Assembly (NCBI GenBank): GCA_963809035.1
Contig: CAWEHV010000002.1
Span: 2,240,361-2,304,360 of the forward strand
Length of the DNA: 64,000 nucleotides
Direction: 5' to 3'
From: an uncultured Thermoplasmata archaeon
Lineage (GTDB): Archaea > Thermoplasmatota > Thermoplasmata > Lutacidiplasmatales > UBA184
Shown one piece after another: positions 9,794 through 18,674 of this stretch. The notes under the pieces are model-generated. The model was not told where the DNA came from, did not search any database, and saw only the letters and a program-made list of their open reading frames with translations. The first letter of the stretch is position 1, and each line of letters starts with the position of its first letter. The position numbers and the translations under genes are program-made.

Positions 9794-11144
9794 CGCCCTT
9801 CACCTCCGCGGCCGCGGTGGGGGTCGGAGAACGGGTCGGGGCGCCCCGAGGGTAGCTCCCGGCGAAGCTCGAGCGCCGGGCGGCCAGGCGCCGGTGGTAG
9901 CTGCGATAGTACCGGTAGTGGAAGAGGGCCACCACCAACGCGTTCACGCCGAAGACGGGACCGACGGTCGACAGGATCGTCGGGTCCGTGATCTGGATCC
10001 CCGGGGTCTCCCCGCCCCACACGGTCATGAGGATGAAGAACCCGAGCAGGCTCGTCGCGAGGTAGATGAAGAGCGGGCGGTCCCGCGGGTGCGTCCGCTT
10101 TGACCGGTCGAGGAACGGCAGGAAAAGGAAGTAGAGCAGGATCACGTTGCTCACCCCGATCGCGATGACCGGCGTGACGCCGGCAAAGTCCACGAGCTTG
10201 AACAACCAGAGGAAGTACCAGTCGGGCTCGGTCACGACCGCCGCGGCGGCGGTGTTCCCGACGTAGGTGGGCAAGCTCCAGGGCCAGAGAGCCGCGATAC
10301 CGAAGAGCACCCCGATGTACAGGAGGCCCCACTTGATCGTGTAGAGGAGGACGTGGGGGATGAACGGGACGTGCTGTTTCTCGTCCTGCTCGTTGAACCG
10401 CCGACGCTGGAGCGGGTCGGAGGTCGCGGGGGGAGCGATCCCGTGCGATTCGAAGAGCGCGAAGTGGGCGTAGAAAAGGCCCGCGAGCGCGAGCGGAAGG
10501 AGGATGATGTGGGCGTCGAACATCCGCGAGAGGAGGCCCTGCGACGTCCCGTCGGCCAGGATGAACGGACCCAGCAGCGGCCCGACCGTGGGGAGGCGGA
10601 GGGCGAGCACGACCCCTACGTTGGTCGCGTTGTAGGAGATCTGGGTGTACGGGAGCAGGTAGCCGGTGAACCCCATCCCCAGGGTCACGACCATCAGGAG
10701 GGTGCCGACCATCCAGGAGAATTCGCGCGGCGACTTGTAGACGCCGACGTAGTAGCCGCGGAAGAAGTGGACGAACATGAGGAAGATCATGGCGTAGGCG
10801 CCGTAGAGGTGGCTCGAGAGCAGGATCTGGCCCATCGGGACCGAGTGAATGATGTAGTAGGTGGAGCACCAGGCGGCCGGACCGGACGAGAGGGTTCCGA
10901 CCACCTGGCCGCACGCGGTCAGCGTGGGATTGGTGCTCGGTTCGTAATAGAGCAGGAGCAGCGCTCCCGAGATGATCTGGTAGGAGAGCGCGACGGCGAC
11001 GAACGACCCGGTCCAGTACGACGGTTTGAACGTGAAGGCGGGCTGGGGCTTGAGAGCCCACTTTTTCATCGCGGTGCGGTCTTCGACGAACCCCCAGATC
11101 TGGTTGAGGGTGCGATTGAACCAATTCGAGTTCGAAGATGTCAA
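9786..11144 (-). CDS. Cytochrome b (bc-type complex, SoxC/SoxG-like)
   Basis: 452 aa with the cytochrome b N-terminal domain pattern HLYGAYAMIFLMFVHFFRGYYVG...FTGYLLPY and a C-terminal TM extension. Confidence 0.9.
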   Translation of the reverse strand: MTSSNSNWFNRTLNQIWGFVEDRTAMKKWALKPQPAFTFKPSYWTGSFVAVALSYQIISGALLLLYYEPSTNPTLTACGQVVGTLSSGPAAWCSTYYIIHSVPMGQILLSSHLYGAYAMIFLMFVHFFRGYYVGVYKSPREFSWMVGTLLMVVTLGMGFTGYLLPYTQISYNATNVGVVLALRLPTVGPLLGPFILADGTSQGLLSRMFDAHIILLPLALAGLFYAHFALFESHGIAPPATSDPLQRRRFNEQDEKQHVPFIPHVLLYTIKWGLLYIGVLFGIAALWPWSLPTYVGNTAAAAVVTEPDWYFLWLFKLVDFAGVTPVIAIGVSNVILLYFLFLPFLDRSKRTHPRDRPLFIYLATSLLGFFILMTVWGGETPGIQITDPTILSTVGPVFGVNALVVALFHYRYYRSYHRRLAARRSSFAGSYPRGAPTRSPTPTAAAEVKGVD

Positions 11145-11152
11145 CCTGCCTC

Positions 11153-11998
11153 CTAGCTGGGGAACGAACAGAGCTTGACCGGCGTCTCCGTCGTGAGCTG
11201 GCTCGTCGTACCGACGCCGTAGTCCCCCTGCAACGAGTTCAGGTGGCCGTTCACCGGCGGGCCGGAGAGGCCCGTCGCGTAGATGTTGCCGCTCGGGTCC
11301 GAGACGAGGGTCACCTGAGGGAGCGGCAGGACCGCGGGTCCCGTGAGGTTATGCGCCGAATTCGCGGGGTCGTAGGTCGACCCGTGACAGGAGCAGTGGA
11401 TGTAGAACGGTTGGGCCGGTGAGTTGGGCGTATTGAACGTCTGCCCGGGGCAAAACGTGGGCGGATAGTAGGCGATGGCCGGCGCAGGGCATCCCAAATG
11501 CTGACAGATGGCACTGAAGGCGACAATCGAGCCGTTCGTTCCGATCCCGCCGGGAACATTCCAAGCCCCGGGGTTCGATAAGGTCGGCCGCTGGCCATTG
11601 ACCGGGGCCAAGTTGATGAAGAAGTTCGGTTCATTCCTCAGCGGGTAGTTGAAAAGGAACAGATTGGTCTCCGCCACGTTGTATTCCGATTCGACGGCGG
11701 CGAGCGTTAACGGCCTCCCGTCCACGTCGATGAGCTGGACCTTGGGGTAGCTCGAGAGCCCGACCGACGGGGGTTGGACGTACTGGATTGAGGCCGCGCC
11801 CAGCCCTCCGGCGGCGAGGACGAGGGCGCCGACTCCCGCCAGCTTGAGGACGTTCCGGCGGGTTTCGTCCACGTCGTCGCTGCCGGTGTCCCGGACCGGG
11901 GCGACCCGGCGCACCTGGCCGATGGGGAAGTCGAGGGGTCCGCTCTTTCCCGCGAGGTAGGGGCACTGCTCCGAACAGCCCGGCAACTCGAACGTCAC
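11153..11998 (-). CDS. Rieske [2Fe-2S] protein with twin-arginine signal
   Basis: Cluster boxes CQHLGC and CSCHGS. N-terminal TRRNVLKLAGVGALVLAAGG is Tat-signal-like. Confidence 0.9.
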   Translation of the reverse strand: MTFELPGCSEQCPYLAGKSGPLDFPIGQVRRVAPVRDTGSDDVDETRRNVLKLAGVGALVLAAGGLGAASIQYVQPPSVGLSSYPKVQLIDVDGRPLTLAAVESEYNVAETNLFLFNYPLRNEPNFFINLAPVNGQRPTLSNPGAWNVPGGIGTNGSIVAFSAICQHLGCPAPAIAYYPPTFCPGQTFNTPNSPAQPFYIHCSCHGSTYDPANSAHNLTGPAVLPLPQVTLVSDPSGNIYATGLSGPPVNGHLNSLQGDYGVGTTSQLTTETPVKLCSFPS

Positions 11999-12177
11999 AG
12001 CGACCTCCCTTCCGTGTCGGGTTTGGCGTCGTCAACTCCTCCCGGTTCCGGGATCGATGCGTCCCCGGGCAGCTCTGCGTTCTCGCTCCCGTGGTAGACC
12101 GCGTAGGTGATCCCGATTCCCATGAGGATGACCAGGACCTCGGTCATCGTCACGATCTGATCCGGCGTGAAGCTCAT
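11995..12177 (-). CDS. Small hypothetical membrane protein
   Basis: 60 aa with one TM (VTMTEVLVILMGIGITYAVY). 4-nt overlaps with both neighbours. Confidence 0.4.
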   Translation of the reverse strand: MSFTPDQIVTMTEVLVILMGIGITYAVYHGSENAELPGDASIPEPGGVDDAKPDTEGRSL

Positions 12178-12569
12178 CGGGTCACCTCACTCGGGTCGAC
12201 GGTGACGGGGACCGTCATCGACCAGGTCGGGGTGGGGTACCCACCGGTCCAGGGGATCGAACCCCCCGGGGGAGGAGGGGCGACCGAGAGGACCGGTGGG
12301 CTCGTGACGGCCGCCGGGATCCCGCGCGTGGGCGAGACCGGGGGGTCGAGGCCGAGGAGGGCTCCGCGGAAGGAGACCTGGCCCGGGGGGCCCGGCGCGG
12401 GGAGGTCCGCGGCCCGGGTGAATTCGGAGAGAAGTTCCTGCTTCAGTCGGCCGGCCCGTCCGTACCAGCGGCCCATCGTCCGGAGGACGTCCGTGCTCCC
12501 CTTCCCGAAGAGGAGGTACGCGGCGACCGCGGCAACGATGACCCAATCGACGTCCGAGAAGAGCGCCAT
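12174..12569 (-). CDS. TatA/TatB-family Sec-independent translocase component
   Basis: N-terminal TM followed by an amphipathic helix (WVIVAAVAAYLLFGKGSTDVLRTMGRWYGRAGRLKQEL). Adjacent to tatC. Confidence 0.6.
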   Translation of the reverse strand: MALFSDVDWVIVAAVAAYLLFGKGSTDVLRTMGRWYGRAGRLKQELLSEFTRAADLPAPGPPGQVSFRGALLGLDPPVSPTRGIPAAVTSPPVLSVAPPPPGGSIPWTGGYPTPTWSMTVPVTVDPSEVTR

Positions 12570-12574
12570 CTAGC

Positions 12575-13408
12575 TCACCCTGCCCCCGCGGGCGACGGCC
12601 CTTGCCGACGCTTGCCGGCGGTCCGCTCCCACCGGCCGGCGAAGTAAGCTCCGCCGAGGTAGAGGGCGATCATGGGCGTCGCGACGATCAGCATCGTGAT
12701 GCCCGAGTTGTCGGGCGTGATGACCATCCCGAAGACGAGGGCCCCGATGACCGCGGCCCGCCAATGCTGGCGCCACGCCGAGGCCTTCACGAGCCCGATG
12801 CGGGTCAGGGCGTAGACGAACACGGGGAGCTCGAACACCACGCCGAACGCGAGGGAGTAGAGCAGCGTGAATGTGACGAAATCCTGCACGCCGAGCACCG
12901 GCGCGAGGCCCATCGCCGCGACGTAGCGGAAGAGCAGCAGGAAGGTGAACGGCGTCAGGAGGAACAGGCCGAGCGCGGTCCCGACGGCGAAGAGGATCGA
13001 CGCCGGGATCCCGACCTGACGGAGCAGCTGGCGCTCGTTCTTGCGGAGGGCCGGCATGAGGAACGCCCCGACCTCGTGGACGATCCAGGGCATCCCGAGG
13101 ATCAGCGTGAGGAGGAGTCCGATCTCCATCTGGACGAGGATCGAGTCCCCGACCCCGACGTTCAGGAGCTCCACGCCGGACGGGAGCATCCAGGCGACCA
13201 TCCAGCGGAACACCTCGGCGGTGATATTGTAGAACGGGCTCGGCCAGGGGTAGCCGAACGGGATCGACCACCCGCCGACGTGGAGCTGGACCGGGACGAT
13301 CTCCACGAGCAGCAGGGAACCGAAGAGCGGTCCGAGCACGAGTCCGATGCGGACCAGGCGGCGCCGGGCCTCCGAGAGGACCCCCAAGATACGGTCGAGG
13401 TCGCGCAT
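12575..13408 (-). CDS. tatC: Twin-arginine translocase subunit TatC
   Basis: 277 aa, 6-TM TatC-like profile (LSEARRRLVRIGL..., FLLTPFTFLLLFRY, FELPVFVYALTRIGLV). Confidence 0.9.
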   Translation of the reverse strand: MRDLDRILGVLSEARRRLVRIGLVLGPLFGSLLLVEIVPVQLHVGGWSIPFGYPWPSPFYNITAEVFRWMVAWMLPSGVELLNVGVGDSILVQMEIGLLLTLILGMPWIVHEVGAFLMPALRKNERQLLRQVGIPASILFAVGTALGLFLLTPFTFLLLFRYVAAMGLAPVLGVQDFVTFTLLYSLAFGVVFELPVFVYALTRIGLVKASAWRQHWRAAVIGALVFGMVITPDNSGITMLIVATPMIALYLGGAYFAGRWERTAGKRRQGPSPAGAG

Positions 13409-13509
13409 CAGTCACTCGGCCACCCCCGCCGAGCGGGCGTCCGGCGACCGAGCGCGGTCACCACGACGCCCAAATCGTTGGTCCGCTCGCGCATGCCTCG
13501 CCGACGGTC

Positions 13510-13728
13510 CTAGGGAGACCGGACCGCCGGAGCCGAAGCCGAAACGGGGGGCACGGCCAAGTTCGCCTGGTCGGCCTTCAGTTCTCGCTCGACCTCGAGC
13601 CGGCCCTTCTTGAACTCCCCGACGGAACGGCCCAAGCTGTGGGCGAGCTGCGGGATCTTGGAAGACCCGTAGAACAAAATCCCTGCGACCACGGCGATAA
13701 TCAGCCAGTCGTCTATTGAGTCAAACAC
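13510..13728 (-). CDS. tatA: Twin-arginine translocase subunit TatA/E
   Basis: 72 aa with WLIIAVVAGILFYGSSKIPQLAHSLGRSVGEFKKG, the canonical TatA layout. Confidence 0.8.
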   Translation of the reverse strand: MFDSIDDWLIIAVVAGILFYGSSKIPQLAHSLGRSVGEFKKGRLEVERELKADQANLAVPPVSASAPAVRSP

Positions 13729-13828
13729 TGTCTCCCCCGCCGACGGACCCGAGGTCGGGCGATATGGCGTTCGTACGGGGCGACCCTACTCGTACCTGTT
13801 GTCCGAACTCGACGCAGATAAGGGGGGG

Positions 13829-14884
13829 TCATGCGGCTTCGACGAGGATCGTCTCGTTCCCGGCGGCCACGGCCCGGTCGATCGCGACGGCGGCGAGCAA
13901 TCCCAAGCACGCGGCACCCCGTTGCAGGAGTTGCGCCGCCGGCCGGGCGCCGCGGTGCCCGAGCGCCGGGGTACGCCGCTCGGCCGCGGAAGGCGTCTCG
14001 TCCCCGAGGATGTCCCCGGCGTGGTAGACCGTGCACGCGTGGTCGAGCGACGGATGCATCAGGGCCTCGACGACGCTCTTCAATTGCTCCTTGAGCTCGG
14101 GCAAGAACGCGCCCAGGGCGTCGGCGGCCGGGTCGCTCCGCCCGGGGACGCCTTCGTTGAGGGCGGAGAGCGCCTCGCCGAACAGCTCGGCGAGCTCCTC
14201 GAGCGCGTGGACGACGACCCGCCACTCGAGTAGCTGACGGGGGTCGGGGCTGCCGATCCGCCGCGCGAGCGACCAGTCCCGGCTGGCGAGGAACAGCTGT
14301 CGGACGAGTAGCGCGAGCACCTTGTTCCCCTCGTCGTTGAGCGTCGGGAGGCGGCGGCTACGACCATGGCGTCGGAGGACCTCCTCCATCTCCTCGAGGA
14401 ACGCCACCAGGATCATCTTCATCCGGGCGACGAGCTGCGGGAGGCCGTACTTGGACGGGTCGATGAAGTTCTGGAGAACGATGCGGGTCGGCTCTTGCGA
14501 GACGACCGAGACCCCGAGCAACCCGCGGGCCGCCTCGAGGAGCTCCTCGACCCGCTCGGGGGCGAACGGCAGGTCGCTGCGGATCTCGATGGAGTCGTGA
14601 CCCACCCGGTACGCGCCCACGATGAGGCGCTGGAGCACCCCGGGAGTATCGAACGACCGTGCTTGGACGAGGAACGGCGTCCCCTCGACGACGGCCCCCG
14701 GAACCGGCGCGGGTTTGAGGAACAGTGTCCCGTCGTCGCTCTGGTCGAACACGATGAGGTCGCCGGCCCGGAGGTTCATCGCTTCCGCCCACGGTTTGGG
14801 TAGCGTGACCGCGATCGACGAGTGGCCTGCCTTGAGTACGCGGCGCTCCCGGTTCGGTGCTCCCCACGCCATTAGATTCCTCAA
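13829..14884 (-). CDS. PhoU-family regulator with N-terminal AbrB/SpoVT DNA-binding domain
   Basis: N-terminal SIAVTLPKPWAEAMNLRAGDLIVF (SpoVT/AbrB-like) followed by two helical PhoU-like repeats. This architecture is typical of archaeal phosphate-uptake-regulator homologues. Confidence 0.75.
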   Translation of the reverse strand: MRNLMAWGAPNRERRVLKAGHSSIAVTLPKPWAEAMNLRAGDLIVFDQSDDGTLFLKPAPVPGAVVEGTPFLVQARSFDTPGVLQRLIVGAYRVGHDSIEIRSDLPFAPERVEELLEAARGLLGVSVVSQEPTRIVLQNFIDPSKYGLPQLVARMKMILVAFLEEMEEVLRRHGRSRRLPTLNDEGNKVLALLVRQLFLASRDWSLARRIGSPDPRQLLEWRVVVHALEELAELFGEALSALNEGVPGRSDPAADALGAFLPELKEQLKSVVEALMHPSLDHACTVYHAGDILGDETPSAAERRTPALGHRGARPAAQLLQRGAACLGLLAAVAIDRAVAAGNETILVEAA

Positions 14885-14941
14885 ACCTACTACGAGGTTC
14901 GTAGGTAGTAAGAGTGGGGGTTTTTCAACTTTGTGTTGAGT

Positions 14942-15649
14942 TTATCGACGCTTCGGCAGCGCCCCGGGGGGTGGGGGCGGCTCTGCGGGGGCTAGCGGTT
15001 CGGGGTAGCCGAGCCGCTCGGGGGGCATTTCGTCGCTCGACCCGCGTCGCCGGCCGACGACGAACCCGAGGACGATGGCGATGACCGTCAGTGCGACGAT
15101 CGTGCCCACGATGATGAACACGGCCTCGCCGGGGCCGACCGACGCGGCACTGACCGTAAGGTTGGACGGCAGCGGCTCACCGAAGGCAATGAACCCGTAC
15201 ATCCCCGACTGGAAATGACCGGGCTCGGTGCAGACGAACTCGTACCAACCCTTCGCCGGGGACGTGAAATTCGCGGTGGCTTGGGACGCGGGGGTCGCGT
15301 TGACATTGAAGAGCGGGGGATACTCGGTGAGGAACGTCGTGAGTTGTCCCTGGGTATAGGTGGCGGGAATGACCCATCCCTGGCGCGATGCGATCGTGAA
15401 GGTGTGCGGCTGGTCGTCTCCGTTCGTGAGGGTGACCACGATGGACGTGTTCGTCAGCTGGTTGCCGAAGAGCGACGGGCTGAACAGGAACCCGCTCGAC
15501 GACGTCACGGCGAGCGTCGAGCTGGCCGTTTGCTTCACGACCGCCGAATGCGAGGTCGCTTGGGATGTGCCGACCCCGAAGAGGCTGAGAACGATGATCA
15601 CCGCAAGCGCGACCGCGAGCGGTCCCCTTCCTGGTCCACGATATTCCAT
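14942..15649 (-). CDS. Sulfocyanin-like type-1 (blue) copper protein, C-terminally TM-anchored
   Basis: Cu-ligand pattern H (QPHTF) ... C-x3-H-x4-M (FVCTEPGHFQSGMYG). N-terminal signal/anchor and a C-terminal TM helix. Confidence 0.8.
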   Translation of the reverse strand: MEYRGPGRGPLAVALAVIIVLSLFGVGTSQATSHSAVVKQTASSTLAVTSSSGFLFSPSLFGNQLTNTSIVVTLTNGDDQPHTFTIASRQGWVIPATYTQGQLTTFLTEYPPLFNVNATPASQATANFTSPAKGWYEFVCTEPGHFQSGMYGFIAFGEPLPSNLTVSAASVGPGEAVFIIVGTIVALTVIAIVLGFVVGRRRGSSDEMPPERLGYPEPLAPAEPPPPPGALPKRR

Positions 15650-15863
15650 CCCGGTCCCCCGAAGCCAACGAGTCGGCGAGGACGGGGGACTCCGTTCAAA
15701 GCCCCTACGTACATACCTGAGGAGCCGAAGGGCCGGCCCGGCCTTCGGTCAGTCCGCCGTGGGGGCCGGTCGCATTGGACTGCAGTATGTACGCGGCCCA
15801 TATGTAGGTCCAACCCCACCCACCTGACGGACGCGGCCTCGGGGTCGCGCACGATCGGCCTCG

Positions 15864-16058
15864 ATGGGATTCGGTTCCGCGGTCCTGAGTGCATTCGCCC
15901 ACGTCGCCTCCGGGCCGTCGAACCTGCAAGAGACGAACGGGCTCGTCTGGGTCCTGCTCGGGATCAGCGTCGCGGGAGCGATCCTAACCTTTGGCTTCCT
16001 CGTGTACGCCCTTTGGAAGTGGCGCGACCGCGAGACGAGCCGGAGGCCCTATGGTTAA
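15864..16058 (+). CDS. Heme-copper oxidase subunit II, N-terminal TM1 piece (split or frameshifted)
   Basis: 64 aa with a single TM (LVWVLLGISVAGAILTFGFLVYALW) and a basic loop ending ...RRPYG*. It continues conceptually into the next ORF. Confidence 0.6.
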   Translation: MGFGSAVLSAFAHVASGPSNLQETNGLVWVLLGISVAGAILTFGFLVYALWKWRDRETSRRPYG

Positions 16059-16512
16059 CCGACTCGAGGTGGCCTGGACCCTGGCCGTCGTGGGCTTGCT
16101 CGCCGGGGTCGCAGCCTACTCCACCATTCTGCTCTACCACATCGACGCGTTGCCCTCGGACCCAACCGAGTACGTCTCGGTGATCGGCCACCAGTGGTAC
16201 TGGGAGTTCTGCTATCCGGCGAACGGGTCGTGCTTCAACTCGGAGTACGATGCCGCGACGAACACGGTCACCGGTGGAGCTTTATGGGCGACACCAGGGG
16301 CTGAGGTCCAGATCAATGTCACCGGTGCCGACGTCGCCCACTCGTTCAACATCCCGCAGCTCGGGATCCGGATCGACGCGATCCCCGGCCGGGTGAACAT
16401 GTTCGCCTTCACCGTACCGACGGTCCCTCCCGGCACAGCGTACCTGATCCAGTGCACCGAGTTCTGCGGCACCTTCCACGGGACGATGCGCTCGTTCCTG
16501 GACATCGTGTAG
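16051..16512 (+). CDS. Heme-copper oxidase subunit II, TM2 + CuA cupredoxin domain
   Basis: MVNRLEVAWTLAVV... (the LE..WT motif preceding TM2) and CuA ligands HSF ... CTEFCGTFHGTM. GGAGG lies 4 nt upstream of ATG 16051. ATG overlaps the upstream stop (ATGGTTAA). Confidence 0.85.
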   Translation: MVNRLEVAWTLAVVGLLAGVAAYSTILLYHIDALPSDPTEYVSVIGHQWYWEFCYPANGSCFNSEYDAATNTVTGGALWATPGAEVQINVTGADVAHSFNIPQLGIRIDAIPGRVNMFAFTVPTVPPGTAYLIQCTEFCGTFHGTMRSFLDIV

Positions 16513-16582
16513 TCATCAATCCCCCGCCTTCCGGGATCCGTCTTCGAGCGGGACGCCCGCGCTCCCTCCCCCATCGACCGAT

Positions 16583-16613
16583 CCCTCGCTCGGGTTCGAG
16601 GGGGATTTTTTTT
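16583..16613 (+). terminator. Hairpin + T8 tract between convergent genes
   Basis: CCCTCG-ctcgggtt-CGAGGG followed by GGA and eight T (16606-16613). Oligo-T is an archaeal termination signal. Confidence 0.5.
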
Positions 16614-16656
16614 GTGCCGGCCGTGCGACCTACCCTCCGTTCGATCCGAACGAAGG

Positions 16657-17691
16657 TCAGTGGTGTCTGGATTCGTCCTTCGGCGCCGGCGGAAAGCGGC
16701 CCGCGAACGTGGCGACGATGGCCGCGAGTATCCCGAAGGCGAGGAGGACGCCCGAGCCGACCAGGACCCAACTCTCCACGATCGCCGTGCTTGGCGGAGC
16801 GGGCTGCGGAGGAGGAGCCACGCCGACGTACAGGTATCCCATCATCCCGTTCGCCAAATGCCCGCTGGCCGTGCAAATATACTGGTAGACCCCCGGCCCG
16901 GCTACCGTGAAGTTGGCCCAGACCGTGGAGCCGGCTCCGCTCGGGACGGCCGCGTTGACGAGCGGGGGGTGCTGGACGAAGTAGGACGCGTACGTCGCGG
17001 GGGTGAGCGTCACATTGGTCTGGCCGGCTACGGTGAAGGTGTGGCCGAGGTTGCCAGAGTTGGTCACGAGCACGTCGAGGTTGAACGGGTAGTGAGTGGA
17101 ATTCGCGACCAGCACCGCGGGGACGAACTGGTAGGTGTCGGTCGTGTTCTCGGAGGTCAGGAGACCCGCGGCGGTCGAAGTGAGGTTGATCTGCCCGTAC
17201 ATCCCGGCCTGGAACTGGTACGGGATCACCGAGACGAATTCGAACGAGTCGAACGCCGTGGAGGCATTGAACGCCAGCGTCTGGTTCGCCTGGCCCCCGG
17301 CGGGCACCGACACGTTCGCGAGGGACCCGTTCTCCGTGAAGTAGTGGTCGAGCTGAGCGGGGGTCCAACTCGTGTTCAGCAAGACTTTGGGCTGGGCTAG
17401 GAGGGTGAAGGTGTGCACGAACGAGCCCTGGTTCACGAGGTGGAAGGTCACGCTGCTCCCGGAAGGGGCCGCGAGGAACTGGGGCGCGAAGCGCGGGGTG
17501 TCGGTCATGTTGACCAGCAGCGTCGTGAAGTTCGAAGGGCGGGCATACCCCACGAGGGGGGCACTCGGAAGGTGACCGAACGCACCGGCGGCCGCCGGCA
17601 GTCCCAGGGTCGCGAGCAGGAGGGCCGCGACGAACCATGGGGCGGCCCGCCGGAGTGGGCGGACGGGGCGTTTGGCGACCGGGTCGTTCAC
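16657..17691 (-). CDS. Tandem two-domain cupredoxin (degenerate N-terminal domain + intact type-1 Cu domain), RR signal, C-terminal TM anchor
   Basis: Domain 2 has GHTF ... YICTASGHLANGMMG. Domain 1 aligns but reads FVSVIPYQFQAGMYG (Cys->Ser, His->Tyr). N-terminus is RPLRRAAPWFVAALLLATLG. GTG 17691 overlaps the upstream stop (GTGA). The rest of track ORF 16657..18369 is a wrong-frame extension. Confidence 0.75.
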   Translation of the reverse strand: MNDPVAKRPVRPLRRAAPWFVAALLLATLGLPAAAGAFGHLPSAPLVGYARPSNFTTLLVNMTDTPRFAPQFLAAPSGSSVTFHLVNQGSFVHTFTLLAQPKVLLNTSWTPAQLDHYFTENGSLANVSVPAGGQANQTLAFNASTAFDSFEFVSVIPYQFQAGMYGQINLTSTAAGLLTSENTTDTYQFVPAVLVANSTHYPFNLDVLVTNSGNLGHTFTVAGQTNVTLTPATYASYFVQHPPLVNAAVPSGAGSTVWANFTVAGPGVYQYICTASGHLANGMMGYLYVGVAPPPQPAPPSTAIVESWVLVGSGVLLAFGILAAIVATFAGRFPPAPKDESRHH

Positions 17692-18602
17692 ACGGCTCCT
17701 ATCGGTCGAGCGACCTGGACCCGCTTGATATCGGTGTGGTACGAATCCCAGGTCCGGTGGAGAACGAACGCGACCTCGGTTCCCATCACGCAAGCCATCG
17801 TTCCCCCGAACGCGAGCGCCGCGGCGTCGGAGCCCGGTGAGGCGACGATTGCGACCTGGGCCGCGATCATGACGGCGAACGCTAGCGCCAACCCGAACGG
17901 GACGCGGAGCTCGGATGCACGGATCTCGCCCCGTCGGGCCAACCGGCGGTAGAGCAGTCCGAAGACCGCCAACATCAGCACGGCCATTCCGGCGGCGCCG
18001 ACCAGAGGAGCCGCCACCACCCACGGCGCGAGGAAGGCCGCCGCGGTGAGCGCCGCCAGCGACCCGCGGATGGCTCCCGATAGTGGCAACCAGAGCAGGA
18101 GCGCCACCATCACGACCCCCATCGACCAATCGAACCAGATGGAGGAAAGTCCGAGGGCCAGCCCTCCGAGAAGGGTCGAAGGGGCGCTGCCCCCTCCGAC
18201 CGCGAAGAGGATGCCCATCAACACCTCCGAGCCGACGGTCACGAGGGCCAGCACCGCGGGCCACACCCAACTGGCCGCATCGACCGTCCGGTCGCGGAAG
18301 AGGATGAGGCTCACGAACCAGAGGCCGGCCGGCCCCATCATCATGAAGTTGAACGCGACCAGGACCCACGTCCAGGCCGTCGTGCCGTTCGGGGTGATGA
18401 ACACGAAGAGGAGGGCGAGCAGGAGGAGGCTGCTGCCCGCGAGCACCGACACGCCGATCGTCATCGTGGTGAGCGGGGCCGTCCCACCCGACCGTGGGAG
18501 GATCTGCGTGAGGACGAAGACCGTCACCCCGATCATCGAGAGCGCGACGACGGCGAACGGGAGGAACGCCGTGGTCAGGTCGAGCGGAGGGAGGAAGTTC
18601 AT
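17688..18602 (-). CDS. Polytopic hypothetical membrane protein
   Basis: 304 aa with about 8 hydrophobic helices. Translationally coupled to the tandem cupredoxin gene. Confidence 0.6.
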   Translation of the reverse strand: MNFLPPLDLTTAFLPFAVVALSMIGVTVFVLTQILPRSGGTAPLTTMTIGVSVLAGSSLLLLALLFVFITPNGTTAWTWVLVAFNFMMMGPAGLWFVSLILFRDRTVDAASWVWPAVLALVTVGSEVLMGILFAVGGGSAPSTLLGGLALGLSSIWFDWSMGVVMVALLLWLPLSGAIRGSLAALTAAAFLAPWVVAAPLVGAAGMAVLMLAVFGLLYRRLARRGEIRASELRVPFGLALAFAVMIAAQVAIVASPGSDAAALAFGGTMACVMGTEVAFVLHRTWDSYHTDIKRVQVARPIGAV

Positions 18603-18674
18603 TCTGGCTCGGGAGCGACGACCCGACCTACTCTCATATGCCCCCGGTCCGAACCGGGGGGTCGGAGCTACGGC

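Noticed and set aside
16044-16062. Programmed +1 ribosomal frameshift (prfB-like) at the coxII junction
   Set aside because: The P-site codon GGT before TAA cannot re-pair in the +1 frame (GTT). No slippery or Shine-Dalgarno-stimulator arrangement of the prfB type is present. Coupled reinitiation or a sequencing error explains it better.
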